Positions 38,300-48,558 of a DNA stretch of 64,000 nucleotides are shown here, in pieces. The notes below the pieces were generated by a model. That model made no database searches, had not been told where the DNA came from, and saw only the letters and a program-made list of their open reading frames with translations. The first letter of the stretch is position 1, and every line of letters starts with the position of its first letter. The stretch comes from a virus, in the IMG/VR virus record IMGVR_UViG_3300031884_000939, positions 32,001 through 96,000 of that record; one strand, given 5' to 3'. The position numbers were made by a program, and so were the translations under genes.

Positions 38300-38773
38300 T
38301 TAAATCTTTCTTACAGGTTTATCTTGTTGTTGTTGACGAGCTGTTTTTTCTAACTCTTGCTTAACTGTTTTAGCACGAGCGATAGCTCCTGCCAACCCAC
38401 CTTGATCGTCTGTTGTGGTTTCTGTAATACTTGCTGGTGTCGAATCTGCTACCGGCAATGGATCAGCTTGTGGGGCTATAGGAGCTGATGCTACAACTGG
38501 CTGGCCTGTTGCCATAGCTGGCGCTTGTACTGGAGCTTCTGTTGAATGTTGATGGTTAGTTTGTACTGGGCCATCTGATACATTAGTTTGGCGCTGAATG
38601 CGTCTTTGTAATTGTTGATTTCTAGAATCGATAATATTACCTTGAGCATCGATTCTGTCGCCGCGAGCATTTACGCCCATATTGCCAACAGCTCTAACAT
38701 TTTCATTTTGTAAACGCATAGATCCAATGTCTACTTGTTTGCCTCTCGCTGTTTTATATACTTTAGTTGTCAT
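38300..38773 (-). CDS. hypothetical phage protein
   Basis: AVGNMGVNARGD motif; AGGAG SD and TAAATA. Confidence 0.7.
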   Translation of the reverse strand: MTTKVYKTARGKQVDIGSMRLQNENVRAVGNMGVNARGDRIDAQGNIIDSRNQQLQRRIQRQTNVSDGPVQTNHQHSTEAPVQAPAMATGQPVVASAPIAPQADPLPVADSTPASITETTTDDQGGLAGAIARAKTVKQELEKTARQQQQDKPVRKI

Positions 38774-38799
38774 AATATTCTCCTGAATTCTTACTGTAT

Positions 38800-39318
38800 T
38801 TAACGCAAAAATTCGCCGATGTTTAATTTATAGTGCATAGAATCTATTTTATGTACTCCCATTTTATATAATATAAAACTGGATACTGAACTTCCACGCC
38901 CTACACCCCAAATTACACGATTTTCTTTCATAATATCCACGAGGTACTTTAAAAATTTGAGCAAATCAAATAAATTACGCTCTTGATATAATAATAGTTC
39001 TTCCCCGCATCGTTGTAATTCGGCTTCATTGTTACATAAATCTAGGATATACTGAGCTATATCCATATCTTTATATGCTTGTGGCACGTGCCAATTTTGT
39101 TGTTTTTCGTAATCCCATGCTGGGACAGTTTTATTGCCTTCGATAGTCCAAGGTAAAAAAGTATTTGGAAATCTTTCAACGAATTTAATTATCTTTTCAA
39201 TATCAACTGTATTATCTACAATCATACCTTTGAATGAATCTAGTTTACGGCCTTGCATTAACAGATCAACTACATCTGTTTCATTAAAAATCATTTCGCC
39301 GTAATTATTCTGTTTCAT
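38800..39318 (-). CDS. stand-alone fragment of DNA polymerase III alpha (DnaE palm-region homolog)
   Basis: GVGRGSSVSSFILYKMGVHKID...EFL matches the DnaE GPGRGS...YxLGIT.IDP...FERFL motif. Confidence 0.8.
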   Translation of the reverse strand: MKQNNYGEMIFNETDVVDLLMQGRKLDSFKGMIVDNTVDIEKIIKFVERFPNTFLPWTIEGNKTVPAWDYEKQQNWHVPQAYKDMDIAQYILDLCNNEAELQRCGEELLLYQERNLFDLLKFLKYLVDIMKENRVIWGVGRGSSVSSFILYKMGVHKIDSMHYKLNIGEFLR

Positions 39319-39934
39319 CTAATCTTTTAAAATCAGCATAAACTACTGTGTTACCATATTCATCGTCTTCTTCTGGCTTTTCAGTTATATCTTCTATATC
39401 TGGCCATTGTAAGTCTAAATCACGCCAAACACTTCCTTGATGTATTGTAACAACTTTATCAACATCAATCAAGTCTCCTTCGCAATGTACTAAATCAGCA
39501 GAGTCCCACCAAGTAGGAGATTCCAAACTGTCGATGTTTTCATTATCGCCATGTATATAAATTACACCATCGCCAATTACACTACTAATTTCAACTTCGC
39601 CTAGTACAATACGGTCTTCCATAATAGCTGATAACTTTTGGAATAACATTATTCCCACTAATTGATCTACTGGATCGCCCGGAAATGTAACAACACGCAA
39701 GCCAGCATCCGCATACTTTTTACATTGTTCTTCGTGCTCGGCACTAATAAACATTGAGCTATCTAGTATATTATACACGAAATACTTAATACGGTCAAAT
39801 GCTACATTATTAGCAGCACCGTCTGGTGTATTAGTCATCATGTATAACTTGGCCACATAGTTGTTCATTTGCATTTGACCATTATAATAAATGCCGGCGG
39901 TAAAATTAAGGGGGTATTGTATTCTTACGTTCAT
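39305..39934 (-). CDS. hypothetical protein
   Basis: 209-aa coupled ORF. Confidence 0.7.
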   Translation of the reverse strand: MNVRIQYPLNFTAGIYYNGQMQMNNYVAKLYMMTNTPDGAANNVAFDRIKYFVYNILDSSMFISAEHEEQCKKYADAGLRVVTFPGDPVDQLVGIMLFQKLSAIMEDRIVLGEVEISSVIGDGVIYIHGDNENIDSLESPTWWDSADLVHCEGDLIDVDKVVTIHQGSVWRDLDLQWPDIEDITEKPEEDDEYGNTVVYADFKRLDETE

Positions 39935-40155
39935 GAGATGTCAATCATTCCATCAAAGTCTGTGCCTGATTGTGCGGCCTTCATTTTACTTTGATATTTG
40001 TTTTGATAAGTTTCTAGTGCCATACGAATTTGGTTACACAAATCGTGATTCCCTAAACGATAAGCAATACTAAGTTTTTTGTTTAATTCGGCAATCTTAC
40101 CAGAGAGTTCGTCAGTAGTAAGATTATCAATACTAGGTAATAGTGGATGTTCCAT
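39931..40155 (-). CDS. hypothetical protein
   Basis: Leaderless after TTGACA-N17-TACAAT. Confidence 0.65.
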   Translation of the reverse strand: MEHPLLPSIDNLTTDELSGKIAELNKKLSIAYRLGNHDLCNQIRMALETYQNKYQSKMKAAQSGTDFDGMIDIS

Positions 40156-40197
40156 ATACTAATTGTATAGGAAAAATATGGTTATGTCAATAGCTTT

Positions 40198-41097
40198 TTA
40201 GCTAAATGAAACGCCGTTGTTACCAATACAATACCAACTGCCATTGCCAAATTGTAATGTACAAGCTGAGCCTGTAGAACTTAATGTAACATTACCAGTA
40301 TTGCCTAAATTCCATCCAGCACTAGTAACAGCTACAACCATAGAGCCTGCCGCTACATTGGCTGCCACTAAAGTTTTAATTTGTCCAGAAACTCCATTTG
40401 GAAGTGTAGCTGTTTCAGCTGAACCTGTAGTAATATAACTTGTAGTTACTGCTAAATTAGATACCGCACTAGCTGCTAATGATTCACTGGAATTATTAAA
40501 TGGCTGTAATTCTTGATTAGTTTGATTAATCGAAATAGTAGCACCGTTAGATGATGTACTAAATGTAAATGAGTATACACCAGATGCCGCAAAAGTTATT
40601 ACATTGGTACTAGGATTTAATCCTTGAATACCAGTAGTGTTAACACTAACTGCTGTAGGTAATGTTACAGTATGTGCCGCACTAGCTACAGTAATTTGAA
40701 CTGTAACAACACCTTGTTGTCCTGCTATAGGCCAATTACTAAATCCTAAACTTACTGATCCACTAGTAGTAAAAGATTGGAAATGTCCTGCGGAGTAATC
40801 AATAGTAACTACATTTGATACTGGGACTAACCCAGAAACTGCTACAAATGCAAAGTCAGATACAAGAGCATTAGTTAATGGGGAATTCAACATATTGTTT
40901 TGAACAGAAAGATTTGCTCCGCCTGTTAACTGAGAATTTACAATGGATTTATTTTGTAAATCGGTAATTTCTTGTGCCGCATAGTTAAAATTCGTAGAAG
41001 TATTCGTGAAGTTATCACGAAAACCTTGCGAGTTGTTATCTTGACCGGCTACTGGGTAAGCGCCGTTAATGTTATTTGGGTTAATCTGACTTGTCAT
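40198..41097 (-). CDS. virion structural protein
   Basis: YPVAGQDNNSQGFRDNF N-terminus; Ser/Thr/Asn-rich; late promoter motif. Confidence 0.7.
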   Translation of the reverse strand: MTSQINPNNINGAYPVAGQDNNSQGFRDNFTNTSTNFNYAAQEITDLQNKSIVNSQLTGGANLSVQNNMLNSPLTNALVSDFAFVAVSGLVPVSNVVTIDYSAGHFQSFTTSGSVSLGFSNWPIAGQQGVVTVQITVASAAHTVTLPTAVSVNTTGIQGLNPSTNVITFAASGVYSFTFSTSSNGATISINQTNQELQPFNNSSESLAASAVSNLAVTTSYITTGSAETATLPNGVSGQIKTLVAANVAAGSMVVAVTSAGWNLGNTGNVTLSSTGSACTLQFGNGSWYCIGNNGVSFS

Positions 41098-41150
41098 TCT
41101 TAGTATCCTTGAATATGCTATTATTTAGCTAATTTGATAACTGTTTAAAA

Positions 41151-42815
41151 TTAGTAATTAAAACTTGCTCTAGGGTAAGTTTGTCCCGTTACGGGCCTTG
41201 GACCTACTACATACCCTGGAAAAACAGGGCCTTGAGTTGATTGGCTAAACAACGCGGCAATAGCTGTTCCAATTGGGCTACCTAATCCAGTACATGCATC
41301 CCAGCCAGGAGTTGCGCTATATCCAGTAGATAAATTAGATGCGTTATCGCCTACAGTTATATCGTTAAATGCTTGGTGATTATTATAAAATAATGTATTC
41401 AATAATCCACCTTGTCTTCCGTAAAGTTGTATTAATCTAGCAATCATGCCAGCATATAATGGACAACAAGCACTGGTTCCACCATACTGACTAAATGTAT
41501 TGCCAGTGCCCCAATAAAATTGATATCCTGTATTTGGATCAGAATTGCCGGCAACATCAGGTACTCCGCGTACTGTTAAAGGAGATACTGTTCCAGCCGG
41601 ATATAATTTTGTTGTTAACCCCACTTGAAACGCTGGCTTGGCGTTATAAACACTTTTGCCACCGCCCGAAGGAGTCCAAGTTACTTCGCTAGTAATTGTA
41701 GTTCCGCTTATTTGAAGTGTTGTTCCGCCGCAACCTAATACATAAGGACTGGACGCTGGAAATAGTACTTCGGGAGACGAACTTGCCCAAGTTGAACCTT
41801 CGTCACCTGATGCTACACATACTGGGATACCAATAACTACTGCTTGAGCTAGTACTGCATTCATAGAAGCTATAGAGCCCGAAGACCAATAAGTTGTTTC
41901 GCCTGCGCCCCAACTTATAGTAAGAACACAAGGGTTATTAACAGTATCGTGTATTGCTGTATTAATTGGGTCGTACCAATCAGGTCCTGGTACAGGACTA
42001 CTATCACCGCCACCATATCCAAAATACATGGCTATTGTAGCATTTGGAGCTACTCCTGCGGCTACATATATATCTAACATAACTTCAGGAGAACCATTTG
42101 TGTCAGCTGGATCATTGGTGCCGCCATCAACTAATATATCTATCATAGTTGGGTTTGGTAATCCTATTCGAGAAAATGTTGAAGTTAAATTTTGTGGTGT
42201 ATAGCCTCCGCCGTATTCTATAATTCCAATACACACTCCAGTACCAGTGGCCGCTGGAAATTTATAAGCGTTTGCTACTTGTATAGGTGTTAATGCTGAA
42301 ATTGCAGCTGGTATTGCTTGATCTGGGGTTACAGGAACTGCCAAAGGACGCATTAATGTAAAATTGTTTAATCCTATTATATATTCTATAACATTTTCTA
42401 ACTGAGTTGGGATAGTTATAGACCCATTATATCCCATATAAGTTCTATCAGGTAATGTTATTAACAATAGTGTTATTCCAAATGCGGCATTAACTTGTTC
42501 AGCGGTTCCTGTTAATTTTACAGTAGCCCCCGGAGCATGACTATCAGTTATTGTTAACCCTGTTGCATTAGCAAAATCAGTAATAAGAGCTAAATCAGAA
42601 TCTGATGCGCTAAATTGATTTGAAAAATCATCGTAAGATAATATTTTACTACGTCCAGCTAATATACTATCGGCATAATCCGTAACAGATTGTGGTCTTC
42701 TGACCATTATACTAAATTTAATTTGTTGAGTGGTGTCTACTGGGGTTGTAGAAACTACAGACGCAGGTGTAGTTACGGTACTTCCTGCTAAAGTAACTAC
42801 AGGAGTTAACTCCAT
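41151..42815 (-). CDS. sedolisin/kumamolisin-like S53 peptidase with prodomain
   Basis: EVMLD, ISWG, ASGDEG, RGVPDVA, GGTSA, GWDACTGLGSP. Confidence 0.92.
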   Translation of the reverse strand: MELTPVVTLAGSTVTTPASVVSTTPVDTTQQIKFSIMVRRPQSVTDYADSILAGRSKILSYDDFSNQFSASDSDLALITDFANATGLTITDSHAPGATVKLTGTAEQVNAAFGITLLLITLPDRTYMGYNGSITIPTQLENVIEYIIGLNNFTLMRPLAVPVTPDQAIPAAISALTPIQVANAYKFPAATGTGVCIGIIEYGGGYTPQNLTSTFSRIGLPNPTMIDILVDGGTNDPADTNGSPEVMLDIYVAAGVAPNATIAMYFGYGGGDSSPVPGPDWYDPINTAIHDTVNNPCVLTISWGAGETTYWSSGSIASMNAVLAQAVVIGIPVCVASGDEGSTWASSSPEVLFPASSPYVLGCGGTTLQISGTTITSEVTWTPSGGGKSVYNAKPAFQVGLTTKLYPAGTVSPLTVRGVPDVAGNSDPNTGYQFYWGTGNTFSQYGGTSACCPLYAGMIARLIQLYGRQGGLLNTLFYNNHQAFNDITVGDNASNLSTGYSATPGWDACTGLGSPIGTAIAALFSQSTQGPVFPGYVVGPRPVTGQTYPRASFNY

Positions 42816-42816
42816 A

Positions 42817-44523
42817 TTATCCTTCCATTTTTAACAAGGTTAATGTTACAGACAATGCTGTAGTTGTATTACCATTGTTAACTACTTTCATAGGAATTGC
42901 TACTGTTGGAACTGTTTCATTGTTAAAACCTATTACTGCTGGCGTAAAGTTTACTGTGCCAGCGGCATTACCAATTGCTTCGGCTACTACGCCTGATCCC
43001 GGTGTTGGATCTGTATTAATTGTTCGTGTATAATCAGACACAGCAGCTGCATTTGATGTGTATAATGTAACCCAACTTGCATTGTTAGATGTTATACTAT
43101 AAAGAGCGTACCCTTTATATCCAGTTGCTACAATATTGGCTGCCGCATTAGATGCTAAACTACCTGTAGTAATTGTTACATTAACACGAGAGTTGGTGGT
43201 AGCAACACCTGTTAATTGACTGCCGTTACCATAAAAATAAGTAGCGTTAACATTGCCAGCTGTAACATTACCTGGCAACGACATACCTGATGTAAAGAAT
43301 GTTGCTGATGTTGTACCATTAACTGTTACGGAAATATTATTACTTGGTGTAGGAATATTGATACTACTAGCCCCGGATACAATGTTTGACGATGATGTAG
43401 TGATGCCAGTTAACTGACTACCGTTACCAATAAAATAGTTACCTATGATATTGCCAGAAGCAGCTACAGTATTCAAGTCCAACATACTGCCCGAATAAGT
43501 TGGCAAGAACGCGGCTACTTGGGCATTACCATAGCCACTGCCAGTATTACTATAAGTTAATTCGCCACTAGTAGTATTATAATAAACTGTACTAGTAATA
43601 TTGGAATCATCATTACGCACTGGCTTAACATAAAATCCAGCTAAAGGAGCATCTAATGGTGCCCGGGCGCCATTGAGAGCAATTGAGTTATCAGCTGAAT
43701 TTGGATATCCAGCATACGCACCAATTGCTATTGCGTTGGATCCTTGATTAATGTTTCCTGCTAATGCTCCTATAGCAATAGCTTGATTACCTTGTACATT
43801 AGCACCTGCGCCTAAACCAATAGCAATAGCTTGATTGCCTTGATTGTATTGTCCTGATCCTTGCCCAATAGCTACTGCTTGGATACCTTGATTAAGATTA
43901 CCTGCCGCACGACCATAAGCAATCGCATTAGCACCTTGGTTAGTATATCCTGCTATTTTACCTACAGCAATCGCACCATCACCTTGGCCGTTAGAGCCAG
44001 CGCCAGATCCTATAGCGATTGAGTTATAACCTTGACTGCTGTTGCCGGCAAAATAACCAATAGCTACAGCGTTACCACTTTGAGTAAATTGTCCAGCGGC
44101 GTGTCCAATTGCTACTGAATCACTAGCTTGGCCAGTAAATCCTGCTACACGACCAATACCAACAGCGTATGTTCCTTGTGTATTAGATCCAGCAAAGGAT
44201 CCTATAGCTATGCCATTGGCACTTTGATTTATGCCACCTGCTGTATTACCTATAGCAATAGTATCTATATTTGCTGATTGTCCAGAGTTGCCAGCATTAT
44301 TGCCTAAACTAATACTAGTACTAGTTTGATACAAATAGTTGGTAGTTAATGTAGATGCTACATTTAAATTAGTTAAAGTACCAACAGTTGTAATGTTTGG
44401 CTGTACGGCTTGAGTTACAGTACCAGCCGTATTGGCATAATTAGGAACAGCCGCAAAATTAGCGTCAAGTTCTGCTAAAGGTATTGTGCCAGTTTGATTG
44501 GCAAAGGTATATGGTACAGTCAT
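42817..44523 (-). CDS. tail fibre/adhesin with YadA-head-like repeats
   Basis: Many 16-aa Q...AIAIG..AG repeats; LAELDANF N-terminus. Confidence 0.8.
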   Translation of the reverse strand: MTVPYTFANQTGTIPLAELDANFAAVPNYANTAGTVTQAVQPNITTVGTLTNLNVASTLTTNYLYQTSTSISLGNNAGNSGQSANIDTIAIGNTAGGINQSANGIAIGSFAGSNTQGTYAVGIGRVAGFTGQASDSVAIGHAAGQFTQSGNAVAIGYFAGNSSQGYNSIAIGSGAGSNGQGDGAIAVGKIAGYTNQGANAIAYGRAAGNLNQGIQAVAIGQGSGQYNQGNQAIAIGLGAGANVQGNQAIAIGALAGNINQGSNAIAIGAYAGYPNSADNSIALNGARAPLDAPLAGFYVKPVRNDDSNITSTVYYNTTSGELTYSNTGSGYGNAQVAAFLPTYSGSMLDLNTVAASGNIIGNYFIGNGSQLTGITTSSSNIVSGASSINIPTPSNNISVTVNGTTSATFFTSGMSLPGNVTAGNVNATYFYGNGSQLTGVATTNSRVNVTITTGSLASNAAANIVATGYKGYALYSITSNNASWVTLYTSNAAAVSDYTRTINTDPTPGSGVVAEAIGNAAGTVNFTPAVIGFNNETVPTVAIPMKVVNNGNTTTALSVTLTLLKMEG

Positions 44524-44525
44524 TT

Positions 44526-47222
44526 TTATCCTAGAATATTTCGTTTGGGGAACAATAGATATTTATTGTATGCATCGGTATTAGTGTATATGTCAGCAGG
44601 TGCGTTAAATGTAAGGCTTCCGCCGTCAAATTGCGTATCAAAGGTTGTAGTTCCACCGTTGGACCAGTAAACAGTAGTGCCACTGTTATTTTTCCAGCCA
44701 ACAGCTACATTGGTATTATTAACCCATGATGTAGTAGCCGGGACAGTAGCATCTAATCCAGGAACTACAAGTACATTCCAAAAAGCACCGGTTCCAGAGC
44801 CAGTAAGCGTAGTTCCAGAAATTGAAGTATAGTAATTATTAAACGCAAATAAATCTCCAGTACCATAATAGAATACATTTACGATTCCGCCATAACTGTT
44901 TACAGTATCGACAACAATTAATATATCATTCAATGGACTGGTGCCACCGACTTGTGTGCCAGATATTTTAATGTGGTCGCCGCCATAAATGATAGTTCCA
45001 TGAGCATCTCGCTCAACACCACGATACCCAATGCCAGATGACGCAACCGATATATCATAATGATAGTTAATATCAAATGTAGTTGATGTTGGCGGACTTG
45101 GTATCCAGCTTTGAGCATCGGCATCCCAGTTAACTGTTAATGCGCTATCTAATTCATAACGGTCTGCTTCAAAGTCAACTTGATTTAATTGTGTGCCAAA
45201 TTGAGTTTCGATGTTATATTGTATCTGCCCGCTTGCTCCTGGAATCGTATAAGCAATTACCCAAGCAGGTGTGAATCCTAATACTTGTCCGTTAGCTTGT
45301 TTTGACTGCATCCACAACGGTAAAATATTACTTTCTTGGCCTACTACATCAATAACTTGATTACGCATATCTTCCAATGCGTTAGGATATACCACATCAA
45401 CAGTTGGATCAGTAAGTCCATATGGCCATACTACTTCTTTGCTTACACTTACACCTTCATTGTTAACTAAGTTATCTATAATTTCAGAATACACTACTTC
45501 ATATATTACTTGTCCTGTAATAGGATCAACAGCTTGTGCTGTTTTAATTTCACCTAGTGTTAAATTTTTCCAATAGTGATTAAGTTGTAGTGCTTCAACA
45601 TAAGTATCTAAACTAACCGCATCTAAACCATACGCATGATAATATGTTACATTATGGCTTAATCCAAAATTAGGATCATCAGAACGATACAATAATGACG
45701 GAGTAAAGATATTATTATTCTCAAGTAAGTTAGAAATTAATGCTCTATCATTAACTGGAGGCATACATTGGATGTATAAATTTTCATACGGTTTATTGTA
45801 TGTGCGAAGTACATCAATTGTAAATGTTTTATAAACACTAACATAACCATTTATACTATATGCGTTAACCGTAAATGTACAAGTAAGGTCAAAGGTTGTA
45901 GTATTATTATCAAAAGTTGTATTGCCATCGTCAAGAGCAAAAGTATTAAAACTTACACGCCCAACAATATGTCCTGAAGGCAGTAAAGATAATCCTTGTG
46001 GTAATCTTGAATCAGTCCCTGTCGCTAATCTATATTGTAATGGTAATCCAGCTGTGGTAGTCGCCGCAACATAAAAAGTGCTAGTCGAACCGTTACTAAT
46101 GCTTCCTAAGAAGGCAGGAGTTAACCAAGTAACATTAGTTGATATAGGGCCACTAATAGTTAAACTATATTGATAGAATATACTTACAATATCAGGAGAT
46201 GAAACATTATAAACAGCGACACTAAAATTATAAGTTTGTTCAGTTAATCCAAGATTTGGCAAGTATCCAGACAGCCACCCTGTTTCATTATCAAGATATA
46301 GTCCTGGTGGCAAGAAATTGCCTAAGTAACCAATTTGATCTCCTGTAACATTCTTGCCTATAAATTGATAAGCAAAGAAGGTACTGTTAGGTGCTGTACC
46401 AATACTGCCTTGTGGATTTAATAGTACAGGAGCATTAATATTAGATATCGATGCTGTTAAATCAGTATTATCTGCTGTAATAAGTGTAGTGGATGCGTTA
46501 AAGTCTGAAGTACTCCATACAAACATACTAAAAGATCTTACAGCCGAAGTACGGCCGTCTGTTACTTGTAAACTAAATTCATAATTAGTACTTTGCGACT
46601 CTACCCCAAAGTCGAACGGATAAGTTGAAAAGCCTACACCCTTAGCACTATATCCAGGCGCAGCAGAATAAGTTGGATTGAGTTCAAAAAATCCTGATAG
46701 TAATCCAGTTGGACTTAATGTAATGCCAGGAGGTAATGTTCCAGCATATAAAGTAACTGCTGGCGGAATTCCTGTAGTATTGTCGTCTGTATATTCAAGT
46801 TGAAATCCAGGTTCTAATAATTCTCCAACAAAGAATTGTCCAATCTCTCCAGCAGGAGTAATCCAACTTGGAAGATTTTGTCCAGCTACAGTAAGCGTAA
46901 ATGTTCTATCAGCTAATCGGTTGATTACTGTAATACCGCCAATTGTTTTTGTAGTATAAGCGCGAATAGCAAATTTGCTAGTAACATTAACTCCGGCTAC
47001 TATTGCGTCATCTGCTATAGTTACAACATTAGTAGGTACACCTTGAATGATGCCATCTTTTGTACATTCTATTCCAGAAGGTAAACTTCCTGCTATAGCT
47101 TGAAAAAAGACTGGATCGCCACCAGGTTCTTCTACCTGTAGTGGTACTTGGTAAAATGTGCCTTCTGGTACCGTGCCTAAGCTACCGAGCGGGGTAATCC
47201 AAATAGGTTGTACTGACGACAT
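44526..47222 (-). CDS. baseplate/tail structural protein with Ig-like repeats
   Basis: Repeated W.TP.G.LG and LPPG.L...G..SG motifs. Confidence 0.75.
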   Translation of the reverse strand: MSSVQPIWITPLGSLGTVPEGTFYQVPLQVEEPGGDPVFFQAIAGSLPSGIECTKDGIIQGVPTNVVTIADDAIVAGVNVTSKFAIRAYTTKTIGGITVINRLADRTFTLTVAGQNLPSWITPAGEIGQFFVGELLEPGFQLEYTDDNTTGIPPAVTLYAGTLPPGITLSPTGLLSGFFELNPTYSAAPGYSAKGVGFSTYPFDFGVESQSTNYEFSLQVTDGRTSAVRSFSMFVWSTSDFNASTTLITADNTDLTASISNINAPVLLNPQGSIGTAPNSTFFAYQFIGKNVTGDQIGYLGNFLPPGLYLDNETGWLSGYLPNLGLTEQTYNFSVAVYNVSSPDIVSIFYQYSLTISGPISTNVTWLTPAFLGSISNGSTSTFYVAATTTAGLPLQYRLATGTDSRLPQGLSLLPSGHIVGRVSFNTFALDDGNTTFDNNTTTFDLTCTFTVNAYSINGYVSVYKTFTIDVLRTYNKPYENLYIQCMPPVNDRALISNLLENNNIFTPSLLYRSDDPNFGLSHNVTYYHAYGLDAVSLDTYVEALQLNHYWKNLTLGEIKTAQAVDPITGQVIYEVVYSEIIDNLVNNEGVSVSKEVVWPYGLTDPTVDVVYPNALEDMRNQVIDVVGQESNILPLWMQSKQANGQVLGFTPAWVIAYTIPGASGQIQYNIETQFGTQLNQVDFEADRYELDSALTVNWDADAQSWIPSPPTSTTFDINYHYDISVASSGIGYRGVERDAHGTIIYGGDHIKISGTQVGGTSPLNDILIVVDTVNSYGGIVNVFYYGTGDLFAFNNYYTSISGTTLTGSGTGAFWNVLVVPGLDATVPATTSWVNNTNVAVGWKNNSGTTVYWSNGGTTTFDTQFDGGSLTFNAPADIYTNTDAYNKYLLFPKRNILG

Positions 47223-47233
47223 AAGTTACTCCG

Positions 47234-48388
47234 TTATTGGTAAGCAGCTACAGTCCAGTTTACCCATCCTAATGAACCTGTTGCTGGATTTAATTGATAA
47301 GCCTGAACCTGTTGAGTTTGTGAATTGTAAACCATTTCGCCACCAGTCATGCCACTTAAACTAGCAATTTGACTAGTTGTGTAACTAGGCAATTTAAAGA
47401 AGCCGCCCGGGGCAATAAAGCTACCACTAACTGTATTACCACTTACACTTAAACTTGACAATGTACCAACACTAGTAATATTACCTTGTGCGTTTGTTGT
47501 TACTGTGCCAGATGTTAATGCAGTAGTAGCCAATGCCACTGGGCCAACTACGTTAGTACCAGTAAGAGCAGTAATTTGTGTTCCGTTACCAATCAAGTAA
47601 CTACCAGTAATAGCACCGATAGCACTTACTTGTCCGCCGACAAAAATATTTCCAATATTTAAATTACTACCATATACATTGCCAGTAGCACTTACTTGGC
47701 CGGTTGTTAATACATTACCAGCTGTGATATTCCCTGTGTTATCAAATATAAAACCAGTAACACTTAAACTGCCAGCAAAAATTTCGCCAGCAGCACTAAT
47801 TATTCCAGCACTTAAAACATTACCGCCGTAAATATTACCAGTTGCCGTTAATGATCCAGCACTATTAAGATTGCCGCCGCGGATATTACCAGTAGCACTT
47901 ACTACACCAGCTGTATAAAAGTTAGCGCCAGTAATATTTCCGTTGTCAATTTCAAAACCAGTTACACTTAAATTGCCCGCATATACTGTACCTGCGGAAC
48001 TAATTATTCCACTAGTTAATAAGTTACCAATAGTAGCATTACCAGATACACTAAGACTTGGTAATGTGCCAATAGAAGTAGCTACAATACCTGTTAATGC
48101 GGAGCCATTACCGTTAAGGTAAGCAGCAGTAATATTGCCAGCGACAATAACATTACCTGAAGTAGATACGCCGCCATCAATAATTGTTTGCGGTGTAGAT
48201 ATAGTACCACTAGCACTTAATGATGTTACTGCTAAGTTACCTAAAGTAGAAATACTATTATTGACAAAGTTAGATATGTTAGCCGCAGAAACTTGGTAAG
48301 TTGTCCCGCCCGCAACAACTGGGAATTCAGCTGAGCTAGATAGGTTACCTGGGTAAAGTGGTAATTGGCTAATTTTTATAGTTGACAT
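47234..48388 (-). CDS. tail fibre-like beta-repeat protein
   Basis: IKISQLP N-terminus; SATGNI.GGN repeats. Confidence 0.75.
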   Translation of the reverse strand: MSTIKISQLPLYPGNLSSSAEFPVVAGGTTYQVSAANISNFVNNSISTLGNLAVTSLSASGTISTPQTIIDGGVSTSGNVIVAGNITAAYLNGNGSALTGIVATSIGTLPSLSVSGNATIGNLLTSGIISSAGTVYAGNLSVTGFEIDNGNITGANFYTAGVVSATGNIRGGNLNSAGSLTATGNIYGGNVLSAGIISAAGEIFAGSLSVTGFIFDNTGNITAGNVLTTGQVSATGNVYGSNLNIGNIFVGGQVSAIGAITGSYLIGNGTQITALTGTNVVGPVALATTALTSGTVTTNAQGNITSVGTLSSLSVSGNTVSGSFIAPGGFFKLPSYTTSQIASLSGMTGGEMVYNSQTQQVQAYQLNPATGSLGWVNWTVAAYQ

Positions 48389-48405
48389 TTTTAAATAATC
48401 CTTTT

Positions 48406-48552
48406 TTAATTTTCTGTTGTGAGTTCAGCACCGGCTTCGGTGGTTATGATTGTTCCATCTTCAGCAGTGATCTCACTAACTGATTGAACAATGACTATTC
48501 CTAAAGAGATACCTTCTCCTATTGTAATTCCTGGGCCGAATGTTATAGTCAT
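48406..48552 (-). CDS. 48-aa tail-associated protein (MTITFGPGITIGEGI...)
   Basis: Hand translation; fills the gap between tail genes. Confidence 0.6.
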   Translation of the reverse strand: MTITFGPGITIGEGISLGIVIVQSVSEITAEDGTIITTEAGAELTTEN

Positions 48553-48558
48553 AATCTA

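Noticed and set aside
43680-44300. 48-nt periodic repeats suggesting a CRISPR array
   Set aside because: They are in-frame degenerate coding repeats of the fibre protein with no unique spacers; no cas genes seen.
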